Below are positions 27,012 to 35,897 of a stretch of 64,000 bases of DNA, piece by piece; the stretch's first letter is position 1, and each line of letters begins with the position of its first letter. This DNA is from Candidatus Nomurabacteria bacterium (GTDB lineage: Bacteria > Patescibacteriota > Minisyncoccia > Phycocordibacterales > UBA9973). The notes under the pieces were generated by a model. It saw nothing but the letters and a program-made list of their open reading frames with translations, did not search any database and was not told the DNA's origin. Location of the stretch: NCBI GenBank assembly GCA_029288725.1, contig JARIGS010000015.1, positions 3,518 through 67,517 of the forward strand. Reading direction: 5' to 3'. The translations under genes and the position numbers were made by a program.

Positions 27012-28460
27012 TTAATACGCTTTCGCAAAAAGTACTCGACCATCTGAAGGGTTTCCTGTCTTTATGCACTGACCCTCTTCCCTTTTTTGATTGAATGGAA
27101 TACAGCGAATAGTTGCCCCGATTTCCTCCTTAATTTTTTTCTCAGTTTCAGTCGTACCGTCCCAGTGTGCCATGACAAATTTTCCATCCTCAATCGCCGC
27201 AACAAATTCTTCCCAGGCATTAGCTTCAACGGTGTTAGCCACTAATCGCTGTTCTGCAGCCTCGTATAAATGTGACTGAATATTTTCCAATACTGCTTTT
27301 ATCGCTGAGGGGAAATTATCGTCAATAGTGATGATTGTTTTTTCTCCAGTATCTCGGCGGACAGTAACACAATGTCCAGCGGCAATATCTTTCGGTCCGT
27401 ATTCTATGCGAAGTGGAACACCCTTCTTTTCCCATTCAAAAAATTTCTCACCTACACGCACATGCTCACGATCGTCTACACGAATACCGTACCCTGTTTG
27501 GACAGTGATCATATCAGCAAGCTCCTTGGCTTTGGTAACCACTTCTTCTTTGTTATCAGCAGTAAATACTGGCACCAGTACAATTGGAGTAGCCGTCATG
27601 CGTGGTGGCAATACCAACCCCTTATCATCACTATGCGTCATGATCAACCCTCCGATAGAGCGCGTTGAAAGACCCCAGCTGGTTTGCCAACCATATTGCA
27701 TAGTGTTCTGGTCATCGAGGAATTGAATGTTGAACGCCTTGGCAAAGTTATCGCCGAGATTGTGTGAGGTCGCATACTGCAATGCCTTGCCATCCTGCAT
27801 CATCGCCTCACAACAGTAGGTCTTTAGCGCACCCGCAAATCGATCATTGTCAGTCTTCTGACCAGTCACTACCGGTATCGCCATGTATTCTCGTGAGAAC
27901 CATTCATACACTGCAAGCATCTTGCGCGCATACGCATCAGCCTCTTCTTGTGTGACATGCACGGTATGTCCCTCCTGCCACAAAAATTCTGTCGTGCGCA
28001 AAAATGGTTTGGTCTTCATTTCCCATCGCACCACGTTTGCCCATTGATTGATCAAAAGCGGCAAGTCACGATATGAATGTACCCACCCTGAAAAGACTTC
28101 GTACATGATGGTCTCTGAAGTCGGACGAATAACAAGTGGTTCTTCCAATTTTTCACCGCCAGCATGAGTAACGACTGCAACCTCTGGTGCAAACCCTTCA
28201 ACGTGTTGTGCTTCACGCTTCAAAAAACGTTCCGGGATGAGAAGTGGAAAATAGGCATTTTGCACTCCTTCCTGCTTGAACTTTGCATCAAGAATTTTTT
28301 GGACCTGTTCCCAGATAGCGTATCCGTACGGCTTAATGACCATACAGCCCTTTACTGGGGCATATTCTGCCAAATCAGCAGCAGCAATAATATCCAAATA
28401 CCACTGAGAATAATCCTCGGCTCGTGGCGTAATAGCCTTTTCGTGCGTTTGCTCGCTCAT
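27012..28460 (-). CDS. proS: Prolyl-tRNA synthetase, archaeal/eukaryote-like type
   Basis: Class II motifs, no bacterial-type insertion editing domain. PYGYAIWE, LIRPTSET, FLWQEGHT signatures. About 482 aa. Confidence 0.9.
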   Translation of the reverse strand: MSEQTHEKAITPRAEDYSQWYLDIIAAADLAEYAPVKGCMVIKPYGYAIWEQVQKILDAKFKQEGVQNAYFPLLIPERFLKREAQHVEGFAPEVAVVTHAGGEKLEEPLVIRPTSETIMYEVFSGWVHSYRDLPLLINQWANVVRWEMKTKPFLRTTEFLWQEGHTVHVTQEEADAYARKMLAVYEWFSREYMAIPVVTGQKTDNDRFAGALKTYCCEAMMQDGKALQYATSHNLGDNFAKAFNIQFLDDQNTMQYGWQTSWGLSTRSIGGLIMTHSDDKGLVLPPRMTATPIVLVPVFTADNKEEVVTKAKELADMITVQTGYGIRVDDREHVRVGEKFFEWEKKGVPLRIEYGPKDIAAGHCVTVRRDTGEKTIITIDDNFPSAIKAVLENIQSHLYEAAEQRLVANTVEANAWEEFVAAIEDGKFVMAHWDGTTETEKKIKEEIGATIRCIPFNQKREEGQCIKTGNPSDGRVLFAKAY

Positions 28461-28532
28461 ATACCCTTGTATAATCGCACAAAAAGACAAATAAAAAAAG
28501 CCTCCTGATTTTATTAGAAGGCTTTAAAAAAA

Positions 28533-29018
28533 TTAAATGGTTTTAAGAGCAGGATCGATAGTTTCAGATGGGGTAACTTTAAAAAACGGTATAGGTTTTT
28601 TAAATAAAACAGGAATCACGTCTCCTATTTTCTGTCCCCGATATTTATCACAACGGATAGTAGTGTCTGGTATGCCGTCATGGTTAGTATCAACATCGAG
28701 TTCCACTTTTTCTATAAGGCAGACTTTTGTTTCCGCATTTCCGTTATGTAATCCTATTTCTAATTTAGCTGGACCAGCAGTAAGACTATCTGGATCAGTT
28801 AGCCTTCCGAGACATATGTTATTTTCCTCGCCCTTAATAAAAATGTAGACGTTTACTTTTTTAATTACTCCTCTTTTTTCAAAAGAAACAAAGTGTTGTT
28901 TTTGAGGAGCAATATCAATGTTTCGCTCTACGGTAATTACATTTCGTTTTGCATTAATAATGCTAAGCTCTATTATTATTAATGAAGCATACATACATCC
29001 AAAAATAAAATTTTTCAT
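28533..29018 (-). CDS. Hypothetical secreted protein, low-GC orphan
   Basis: Signal-peptide-like N-terminus (MKNFIFGCMYASLIIIELSIINA). AT-rich gene and flanks. No recognisable domain. Confidence 0.5.
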   Translation of the reverse strand: MKNFIFGCMYASLIIIELSIINAKRNVITVERNIDIAPQKQHFVSFEKRGVIKKVNVYIFIKGEENNICLGRLTDPDSLTAGPAKLEIGLHNGNAETKVCLIEKVELDVDTNHDGIPDTTIRCDKYRGQKIGDVIPVLFKKPIPFFKVTPSETIDPALKTI

Positions 29019-29133
29019 ATTAATTTGTTAAGGTTTGAACTCAATTTTCTATTCTTTTTTATATTATCACATTTTTAATAAAATGTCAATATGTACGTTG
29101 CTCGGTAACGCACATATTACATAAATAAAAAAA

Positions 29134-29160
29134 GCCTCCGAATTGCTTCGGGGGCTTTTG
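29134..29160 (-). terminator. Intrinsic terminator (minus strand) for small ORF 29175-29351
   Basis: Hairpin gcctccgaa-ttgc-ttcgggggc with T7 run on minus strand. Confidence 0.6.
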
Positions 29161-29174
29161 TTCAATCTTTGGGG

Positions 29175-29351
29175 TCATCCGTTCTTGCAGGACGCTCTTT
29201 TGGCCGTAACGCAAAACGACAGTACTCCGACCGCACACAAAAGTGTGGATACAATCAGGAAGTTAGGAACGTCATGGAAGAGGCCGGTAATGAGCCCGGG
29301 TATTCCTATAGCGAAAGGAATACAGGAAAGAAGGGTGCTTCGCTGTTTCAT
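29175..29351 (-). CDS. Unannotated small membrane protein (58 aa, 2 TM)
   Basis: Hand-translated: MKQRSTLLSCIPFAIGIPGLITGLFHDVPNFLIVSTLLCAVGVLSFCVTAKRASCKNG. Below the 60-aa cutoff of the ORF track. Followed by minus-strand terminator. Confidence 0.45.
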   Translation of the reverse strand: MKQRSTLLSCIPFAIGIPGLITGLFHDVPNFLIVSTLLCAVGVLSFCVTAKRASCKNG

Positions 29352-29428
29352 TAAAAATGGGCTAAATAGTGAAAATATAACTTTCCTTTATTATAATACT
29401 ATTTTTTAAAAAAGTCAAGCACCCTCCC

Positions 29429-29457
29429 TTGTCAAAAGGCATTGTAAGTGCTATATT
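29429..29457 (+). promoter_or_regulatory. Sigma70-like promoter TTGTCA-N17-TATATT for rpsB-tsf
   Basis: Read from sequence. About 105-nt leader with GNRA-like hairpin before rpsB. Confidence 0.45.
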
Positions 29458-29569
29458 TACGGCTCGTCAATTGGACGAAATTATTCAGAAATTAAGGCTT
29501 GTCTCGCCATAGCGAAAGCGACGGCGGATCGGGTGTCGAAACCCTATATACAGGCCTGCTACAGATTGT

Positions 29570-30241
29570 ATGAAAAAAATAAACCCTCAAGACCTCATGG
29601 AGGCAGGTGTCCACTATGGATACTCACGTACTCGTCGCCACCCTACCGTTACCAAGTTTATCTATGGTACCAAGGACAAGGTAGACATTATTGATCTCGA
29701 AAAGACCGTTCCTCAGATTGAAGCTGCGGCTAATTTCCTTCAAGGACTTGGTGCAAGCGGCAAGACCGTTTTCTTCGTTGGTGTAAAGCCAGAATCACGC
29801 AATGCGATTCATGAAGTAAGCAGCCTATTGAAGCAGCCATATGTTACGGAACGTTGGATCGGTGGTATTCTCACCAACTTCGGTGAAATCAAGCGCCGCA
29901 TTCAGAAACTTGAGGACCTTCGCGAAAAGAAGGCTTCAGGCGAACTTGCAAAGTTCACTAAAAAGGAACAGCTTTTGCTTCAGCGTGAAGAAGAGCGTCT
30001 TAACAAGTACTTCGGCGGTCTCGTTGGTGTGAACAAGCTTCCTGATGCCATCGTTGTGGTGGACTCTAAGAAGGAGCACATTGCCGTTGCGGAAGCACGC
30101 AAGAGCAATATTCCAATCGTTGCAATCGGCAACACTGACTGTTCTATTCGTGAAATCGACTATCCTATCATTGCCAATGACAGTTCCGCTTCTTCTATTG
30201 CGGCAATTCTTGGTATACTAAAGGACGCGTTTCAAGGTTAA
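29570..30241 (+). CDS. rpsB: 30S ribosomal protein S2
   Basis: LMEAGVHYGYSRTRRHPTV...KTVFFVGVK...ERWIGGILTNF motifs. Confidence 0.93.
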   Translation: MKKINPQDLMEAGVHYGYSRTRRHPTVTKFIYGTKDKVDIIDLEKTVPQIEAAANFLQGLGASGKTVFFVGVKPESRNAIHEVSSLLKQPYVTERWIGGILTNFGEIKRRIQKLEDLREKKASGELAKFTKKEQLLLQREEERLNKYFGGLVGVNKLPDAIVVVDSKKEHIAVAEARKSNIPIVAIGNTDCSIREIDYPIIANDSSASSIAAILGILKDAFQG

Positions 30242-30267
30242 TTAATAAGCGTAACATTTAAAAAAAT

Positions 30268-31050
30268 ATGATCACTACCGAACAAGTAAAAGAACTTCGC
30301 GATAAGACTGGCATTTCCATCATGCAGTGCCGCAAGGCCTTGGAAGAAGCCAATGGTGATATGGAAAAGGCCATGGTTATCCTTCAGAAGAAAGGCGGTG
30401 AAGCTGCCCAGAAGAAGGCTGATCGTTCAGCGGCAGACGGCATCGTAGTAATGCGTACTGACGGTAGTCGCGCTCTTACCTTGGTGTTGAACTGCGAAAC
30501 TGATTTCGTAGCAAAGAACGAGGACTTCGTGAATCTTGCCAATGCTCTCGCTGACCTCGCATGGGCAGAAGGCGTAGAAGTAATGCAGGAAAAGGCTCCT
30601 GAAATGATCAATGCTGTCGTATTGAAGACTGGTGAGAACATCCAGCTTGGCGGCGTAGAAGACCTTAAGGGTGAAGTGGTTAGTGGCTATGCTCACTTTG
30701 ACCACAAGTCAGCGGCAGTCGTAAGTCTTAGCGGCGGTACACCAGAAGTAGCAAAGGACATTGCAATGCACGTTGCAGCAATGAAGCCAAGTTTCCTCCA
30801 CAAGGATGAAATCTCTGCGGAAAACGTTGCAACGGTGAAGTCAGTGATGGAAGAGGAAGTAGCCGCTCAGAGTGAGGGCAAGCCTCAGGAAATCAAGGAC
30901 AAGATGCTTGAAGGCAAGATCAATGCATTCTTTGCTGAACAGACTCTACTCAACCAGCCATTCTTCAAGGCACCAGAAAAGACCATTGAACAGTATGCGA
31001 AGGAACATGGCGCAACCGTTCAGAAGTTCACTCTTCACACTGTTGCCTAA
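30268..31050 (+). CDS. tsf: Elongation factor Ts
   Basis: N-terminal UBA-like TTEQVKELRDKTGISIMQCRKALEEANGDMEKA signature. 260 aa. Confidence 0.93.
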   Translation: MITTEQVKELRDKTGISIMQCRKALEEANGDMEKAMVILQKKGGEAAQKKADRSAADGIVVMRTDGSRALTLVLNCETDFVAKNEDFVNLANALADLAWAEGVEVMQEKAPEMINAVVLKTGENIQLGGVEDLKGEVVSGYAHFDHKSAAVVSLSGGTPEVAKDIAMHVAAMKPSFLHKDEISAENVATVKSVMEEEVAAQSEGKPQEIKDKMLEGKINAFFAEQTLLNQPFFKAPEKTIEQYAKEHGATVQKFTLHTVA

Positions 31051-31056
31051 CCCCTC

Positions 31057-31452
31057 ATGATCACCTTCCTTGCCATCACTGCTGCTGTGCTCGCCCTTGC
31101 GCTTTGGCTCACTACCATGGCACTGTGGCGACAGGCTGAACAGGGTCAGGAAGTGAAAACGATCAAGCAGCAGGATGTGATCGGGCAATGGAACAAGGCC
31201 AAGCGATTGGCTCGTCGCAGTTGGTACGGTGGCTTGCGCTACAGCAAGCAGGCAACCCATTGGGGCAATACCAAGGTTCGTAAGGCATTCATTGCCATAT
31301 TCCCCCGCTCTCAGGCTGCCTTCATCCATCCAGATCCACTGACTGGATTGCAACATGGTCCCTCATCGTATTTCTTGGCCAGTATTTCCAAGCCTTCAAA
31401 AAAGGCAAAGACCAAGAAAAAGGAGGTTCTAAAAAATTTGTCAGAAGAATAA
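31057..31452 (+). CDS. Hypothetical membrane protein (131 aa), basic C-terminus
   Basis: N-terminal TM helix. ORF tightly follows tsf. Confidence 0.45.
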   Translation: MITFLAITAAVLALALWLTTMALWRQAEQGQEVKTIKQQDVIGQWNKAKRLARRSWYGGLRYSKQATHWGNTKVRKAFIAIFPRSQAAFIHPDPLTGLQHGPSSYFLASISKPSKKAKTKKKEVLKNLSEE

Positions 31453-31460
31453 AAATTTGC

Positions 31461-31491
31461 TATCCTAGGCGTACCAAATCCTCCTAGGATA
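31461..31491. promoter_or_regulatory. Palindrome TATCCTAGG-N13-CCTAGGATA just upstream of tRNA-Thr
   Basis: Perfect 9-bp inverted repeat. Related TATCCTAG-N18-CTAGGATA at 33565-33598. Confidence 0.4.
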
Positions 31492-31494
31492 TGT

Positions 31495-31570
31495 GCCGGA
31501 TTAGCTCAGTTGGTAGAGCAACGCTTTTGTAAAGCGAAGGTCGTCAGTTCAAGTCTGACATCCGGCTCCA
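31495..31570 (+). tRNA. tRNA-Thr (UGU), CCA encoded
   Basis: Cloverleaf: acceptor GCCGGAT/ATCCGGC, D-stem GCTC/GAGC, anticodon loop TTTGTAA (UGU), T-loop TTCAAGT, discriminator U, 3' CCA. Confidence 0.85.
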
Positions 31571-31574
31571 AAAA

Positions 31575-31600
31575 GAAAACCCCCTTTCGGGGGTTTTCTT
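31575..31600. terminator. Bidirectional intrinsic terminator
   Basis: Hairpin gaaaaccccc-tttc-gggggttttc with T-run. Confidence 0.75.
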
Positions 31601-31601
31601 T

Positions 31602-32291
31602 TTATTTCGATGTGGCTGCCTTTTTGACAGCTGTTGTAGCCGTTGCTGCTTTTGGAGGATTGGTCAGCGTTGTCGGTAATGCTTTCTTGAGAGCATCCAC
31701 AGACATGAAGCCGCTGTAGGTTTTGCCATCGATTACCAGTGATGGTAACGTGCTTGGAATTTTATAAATACTAAGCAGTGCACGGATCGTAGAGCTGTCG
31801 AGATGGGCATCAAATGAATAGAGACGAATTGATGGATACTGCTGACGCAGTGCATCGAGGGCGTAGCCCTGATTGACGCAGTCCTGACAGATATCCTTGT
31901 TCGCATAGAAATACAGGATGGTCACGGTATTCTGCTTACAGCGTTCTGCAATGCGCTTGGTGAGCAGGAAGTCCTTCACTTCAAGGACGCTGTACTGCTG
32001 CTTTAGCAGGGCTAGCTGGGTCTGATCACCGAAATTCTGCTCACCATAGGTGATCTTGTCAGCAAGGTCGGAGATCTCGCTGGAGAGGTAGTTTGAGGTG
32101 TCCTGACAGGATGCTTCCTGAAGAAGGTCAAACTGCGTCTCTGATGAAAGGACATCCACCGTTGCCTGGTTTTGAGCCTCCTTGATTTCTGCCAGCTTGC
32201 GATCGTTGATATAGACACTGAACAACCATGCCGCAATAAAGACGCTGATAGTGATGATGAGTACGATAAAATATTTCCTAAATCCCTTCAT
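31602..32291 (-). CDS. Membrane-anchored thioredoxin-fold protein (CQDC active site)
   Basis: N-terminal TM, CxxC motif (DICQDCVNQG) in thioredoxin-like context. Start chosen at MKGFRKYF to avoid overlap with GT2. Confidence 0.55.
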   Translation of the reverse strand: MKGFRKYFIVLIITISVFIAAWLFSVYINDRKLAEIKEAQNQATVDVLSSETQFDLLQEASCQDTSNYLSSEISDLADKITYGEQNFGDQTQLALLKQQYSVLEVKDFLLTKRIAERCKQNTVTILYFYANKDICQDCVNQGYALDALRQQYPSIRLYSFDAHLDSSTIRALLSIYKIPSTLPSLVIDGKTYSGFMSVDALKKALPTTLTNPPKAATATTAVKKAATSK

Positions 32292-32295
32292 ATGA

Positions 32296-33549
32296 TTATC
32301 GCCATGCCGGCTGACCACGTCGTGCTATTGTATTCCAAACAGCCTTCAAAAGCCAGAATGGGGCGATGACACTGTAGATCAGGATATAGGCAATGATGTG
32401 CCAGTTTAGACCATTACCCTGCTTGTTCAAACGGGTTCCCGCAACGATAGAAAAGATGAGCAGCGCATAGAGAAATATCGTAAGCAATGACACGGTCTGC
32501 GTATTGATATAGAACCAGTCAAAATGGAGATGGATCGTGCCACCGTGATGAAAGCCGGCAATGCTGTACTGGGTAATTTTCTTAACAATGAAAAGAACGG
32601 CATCATAGGCGAATACTAATGATAGGTACACCACGGCAATGATCGAGATAATACCTGATGGCAGGGTGAAGAATGAGAAGTTCATGTATTCCTTCTTGAA
32701 AACCAGGCGACGGTAATCAATGGTGTTTTGGATAAAGCCATAAATCCAACGCAAGCGCTGCACGTAGAGTTTCTTTACGGTATTTGGAGAGCGGGTGTAG
32801 ACATAGGCATTGACGCAGTGCTCAATCGGCAAATGATGCTCCTGCATGCGGTAGGCCAATTCCTGGTCTTCAGTATTGTGAGCCTTGCGGAATTTTCCGA
32901 CCTGCTGAAATGTTTCCTTGCGGAATAATGAAAACGGTCCAGGGGTAACGTGAATAGCACCAAGCAGTGACAGCATTTTCTTGTTGTAGGTGCTCATGTT
33001 GTATTCGGCACGCTGGGCAAATTGCAAAAGGTTTTTTGGCTCATCAACAATCAGTGATGGAGTGACGGCCATAGTCTTCGGATGAGCCTGGAAGACACCG
33101 ATCATGCGACGAAGAGCATCGGGTGCAACAAATGAGTCAGCGTCAAGACCGCCGATGATATCAGCATCGGTATTATCAATACCAAAGTTAATGGCAGTGT
33201 GCTTACCACCATTTTCCTTATGGAAGATGCGCACGCGATCGTGGTTTTCATACTTCAATAATTCCTGCCAGGTATTATCGGTACTGCCATCATCAACGGC
33301 AATAACTTCCAGTCTGTCAGCCGGATAATCAAGAGCCAGAATGGAGGCAATGGTACCGTGGACCGTCTTTTCCTCATTCCAACAGGGCACGATAATAGCC
33401 ACTTTTGGTGGATTGACCAGGTCAGGCAATGGTTCACGCTTCAGGGCCTTAATTTCCTTAAAATGTTCAAAATACGTGAATAACAAAAAAACCTGCACAT
33501 AGACGGCCAGGAAGATGACAATATACGTCAGAAACTCCGGAATAGTCAT
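32296..33549 (-). CDS. Processive family-2 glycosyltransferase (PgaC/IcaA/cellulose-synthase-like)
   Basis: GT2 motifs: VIAVDDGSTDNT, DAD (GGLDADS), QRLRW. TM helices at both ends (PgaC-like topology). Confidence 0.8.
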   Translation of the reverse strand: MTIPEFLTYIVIFLAVYVQVFLLFTYFEHFKEIKALKREPLPDLVNPPKVAIIVPCWNEEKTVHGTIASILALDYPADRLEVIAVDDGSTDNTWQELLKYENHDRVRIFHKENGGKHTAINFGIDNTDADIIGGLDADSFVAPDALRRMIGVFQAHPKTMAVTPSLIVDEPKNLLQFAQRAEYNMSTYNKKMLSLLGAIHVTPGPFSLFRKETFQQVGKFRKAHNTEDQELAYRMQEHHLPIEHCVNAYVYTRSPNTVKKLYVQRLRWIYGFIQNTIDYRRLVFKKEYMNFSFFTLPSGIISIIAVVYLSLVFAYDAVLFIVKKITQYSIAGFHHGGTIHLHFDWFYINTQTVSLLTIFLYALLIFSIVAGTRLNKQGNGLNWHIIAYILIYSVIAPFWLLKAVWNTIARRGQPAWR

Positions 33550-33564
33550 AAAATAGGTTCTCCT

Positions 33565-33598
33565 ATCCTAGCACAAAGACCTTATTTTTTCTAGGATA
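33565..33598. promoter_or_regulatory. Palindrome TATCCTAG-N18-CTAGGATA in divergent GT2/dsbA promoter region
   Basis: Same half-site as 31461-31491. TAGGAT could act as a -10 for the GT2 gene (AGGAG SD 9 nt before ATG). Confidence 0.4.
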
Positions 33599-33620
33599 AA
33601 AATGGGGTATACTTTAGGCT

Positions 33621-34376
33621 ATGGAACCACAAGAAACAGCACCTCAAGACCCTATTACTACCCCGAATAAGCCGGCGGTGACGATGGCAGCAGCCCTTGT
33701 CACCTGTGTGGCAATGATTGCCGTTGCATTGATCATTATCATGCACCCAGCAAGTAAGACTGGTACACCAACCGCTACCACTGAACAGTCTGGCACGCCG
33801 ACCAGCATTCCTGCCGAAGTCGCTACCCTTCGCCCAAGTGATATGAATCATGTCCGCGGTGACTTGAGCAAGGCCCAAGTATTGATCTTCGAATATTCCG
33901 ACAGTGACTGTCCATACTGTCAGCGCTTCCACCCTGTATTGCAGCAAGTCGTAAATGACTATCAGGGCAAGGTCGCATGGGTCTATCGTTTCTATCCACT
34001 AACTAGTCTGCATCCTGATGCATACAATGAAGCATTGGCATTGCAGTGTGCGAGTCAGCTCGGCGGCGCAAAGGCATTCAACACGTATCTTGATGCCGCA
34101 ATCAATGTCACCCTTAATCCTGATCCTCAAAGCACCACAATGCTGACGACGATCGCGACCAGTCAGGGTCTTGATGCCACCAAGTTCAATAGCTGTATGA
34201 CTGATCCTGCTACTGCAACCACGATCCAGAACAGCATCCAGGAAGCACAGGCCATTGGTGCTGCAGGCACGCCGTTTAGCGTTGTCGTAAACATCAAAAC
34301 CGGCAAGCAGATCATCATCCCCGGCTCCTACCCTATCGAGGACGTGAAGAAGGATATCGATTCCCTTCTCCAGTAA
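33621..34376 (+). CDS. DsbA-family thiol:disulfide oxidoreductase (CPYC)
   Basis: N-terminal TM anchor, CPYC active site, GTPFSVV cis-Pro loop region. 251 aa. Confidence 0.75.
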   Translation: MEPQETAPQDPITTPNKPAVTMAAALVTCVAMIAVALIIIMHPASKTGTPTATTEQSGTPTSIPAEVATLRPSDMNHVRGDLSKAQVLIFEYSDSDCPYCQRFHPVLQQVVNDYQGKVAWVYRFYPLTSLHPDAYNEALALQCASQLGGAKAFNTYLDAAINVTLNPDPQSTTMLTTIATSQGLDATKFNSCMTDPATATTIQNSIQEAQAIGAAGTPFSVVVNIKTGKQIIIPGSYPIEDVKKDIDSLLQ

Positions 34377-34394
34377 TCTCACCGCACAACATAC

Positions 34395-34428
34395 AAAAAA
34401 CCGCTCGGAATTTCCGAGCGGTTTTTTA
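34395..34428. terminator. Bidirectional intrinsic terminator
   Basis: Hairpin ccgctcgga-attt-ccgagcgg flanked by A6 and T6. Confidence 0.75.
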
Positions 34429-34432
34429 TGTA

Positions 34433-35806
34433 TTAATCAAAATAATTTCTGAGGCGTTGGATGCGGTCGTTCTGACGAAGCTTTTCGTGCACCTTTGCTT
34501 CAATCTGACGGATACGCTCACGAGTGACTCCGAATTCCTTACCGACTTCCTCGAGGGTGTGCTGTACCCCATCGATCAAACCGTAACGCATTTCAAGAAT
34601 GCGCTTTTCCTTTGGAGAAAGTTCTTCGAGCACGGCACGGATGGCATCCTGCAGCATGCGACGACTAGCTTCCTGGTCAGGGCGAAGAATCTTGTCATCG
34701 GCAATGAACTCACCGAAAGTAGACTTGTCCTCGTCATCACCAATCGGTGATTCCAATGAACGCGTCTCCTGATTGATCTGTTCGATAACGTGAACCTTTT
34801 CAACTTCGATACCCATTTCCATCGCGATTTCTTCCGGCATTGGATCACGTCCCAAGTCCTGGGCCAAGCGACGCATCACCTGCTTGTATTTTGAAATGGT
34901 TTCCACCATGTGAACAGGAATACGGATGGTACGAGACTGGTCAGCCAAGGCACGGGTGATAGACTGTCTGATCCACCAGGTCGCATAGGTTGAGAACTTA
35001 AAGCCCTTAGTATAATCAAATTTTTCTACAGCCTTGAAAAGACCGATGTTGCCTTCCTGGATAAGGTCAAGCAACGTAAGGTCAGCAGTACGGTTGGCAT
35101 ACTTCTTGGCAATTGAAACCACCAAACGGAGGTTGGAGCGGGCAAGAAGGTTTTTTGCCTCAAGATCGCCTGCGGCAATGCGCTTGGCAAATTCCTTTTC
35201 CTGAGCAGCATTGATCAGTGGGTACTGACCGATATCCTTAAGATACATCTGCACGGAGCTGAAACTGTGACTGTCCTTCACGTACTTTGAAAGATCCTCA
35301 CTGTTGTCGATATCAAGCAGGTTTCCTCCTTCAAGGATGTCGATGCCGGCAACGCTGAACTTCTCATAGAGCTCATCGAGGAACATGATGTTGTTTTCGA
35401 TATCAGGAAATGTCTTGAGAATCTCATCGTAGGTAATGAATCCACGCTTCTTACCCTTGGCAATGAGCTCGTCGGATTTTACTTCCATTTCCTTCATTTT
35501 TTTCTCACTATTGTTTTCGCGACGCGGTGGTGTGCCCGCATGACGAATAGTGATTGGCTTTGGCTTGTTTTTCGCCACTGCCGGAGCAGCTTTTGCGACA
35601 ACCTTTCCTCGGCCCGCCGTAGCTTTAGCGGAGGAGGCTTTGGTAGCTTTTTTGACTGGAGCCTTTTTTACCGCAGTCTTTACTTTCTGGGGAGCAACTT
35701 TGACTGGCTTTTTACCCTTAGCCATCTGGGTCTTCTTTGGCGCTGATGCGCTCTTCTTTGCTACTTTCTTCGGTTGTGCTTTCTTAGCTGGTTTTTTGTT
35801 TGGCAT
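34433..35806 (-). CDS. rpoD: RNA polymerase sigma-70 factor RpoD with lysine/alanine-rich histone-H1-like N-terminal tail
   Basis: Regions 1.2-4 present (e.g. region 2 [35 protein letters not shown]; region 4 [27 protein letters not shown]). First ~95 aa are KAP-rich repeats. Confidence 0.93.
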   Translation of the reverse strand: MPNKKPAKKAQPKKVAKKSASAPKKTQMAKGKKPVKVAPQKVKTAVKKAPVKKATKASSAKATAGRGKVVAKAAPAVAKNKPKPITIRHAGTPPRRENNSEKKMKEMEVKSDELIAKGKKRGFITYDEILKTFPDIENNIMFLDELYEKFSVAGIDILEGGNLLDIDNSEDLSKYVKDSHSFSSVQMYLKDIGQYPLINAAQEKEFAKRIAAGDLEAKNLLARSNLRLVVSIAKKYANRTADLTLLDLIQEGNIGLFKAVEKFDYTKGFKFSTYATWWIRQSITRALADQSRTIRIPVHMVETISKYKQVMRRLAQDLGRDPMPEEIAMEMGIEVEKVHVIEQINQETRSLESPIGDDEDKSTFGEFIADDKILRPDQEASRRMLQDAIRAVLEELSPKEKRILEMRYGLIDGVQHTLEEVGKEFGVTRERIRQIEAKVHEKLRQNDRIQRLRNYFD

Positions 35807-35897
35807 ATATAGTTCATTCGTATCATCATTGAAAATAGGAGAAATGTCAACCCGCCTTCGGTAAACCTACGGCGAGGCAAGGTCCCTCGGGCCATCA

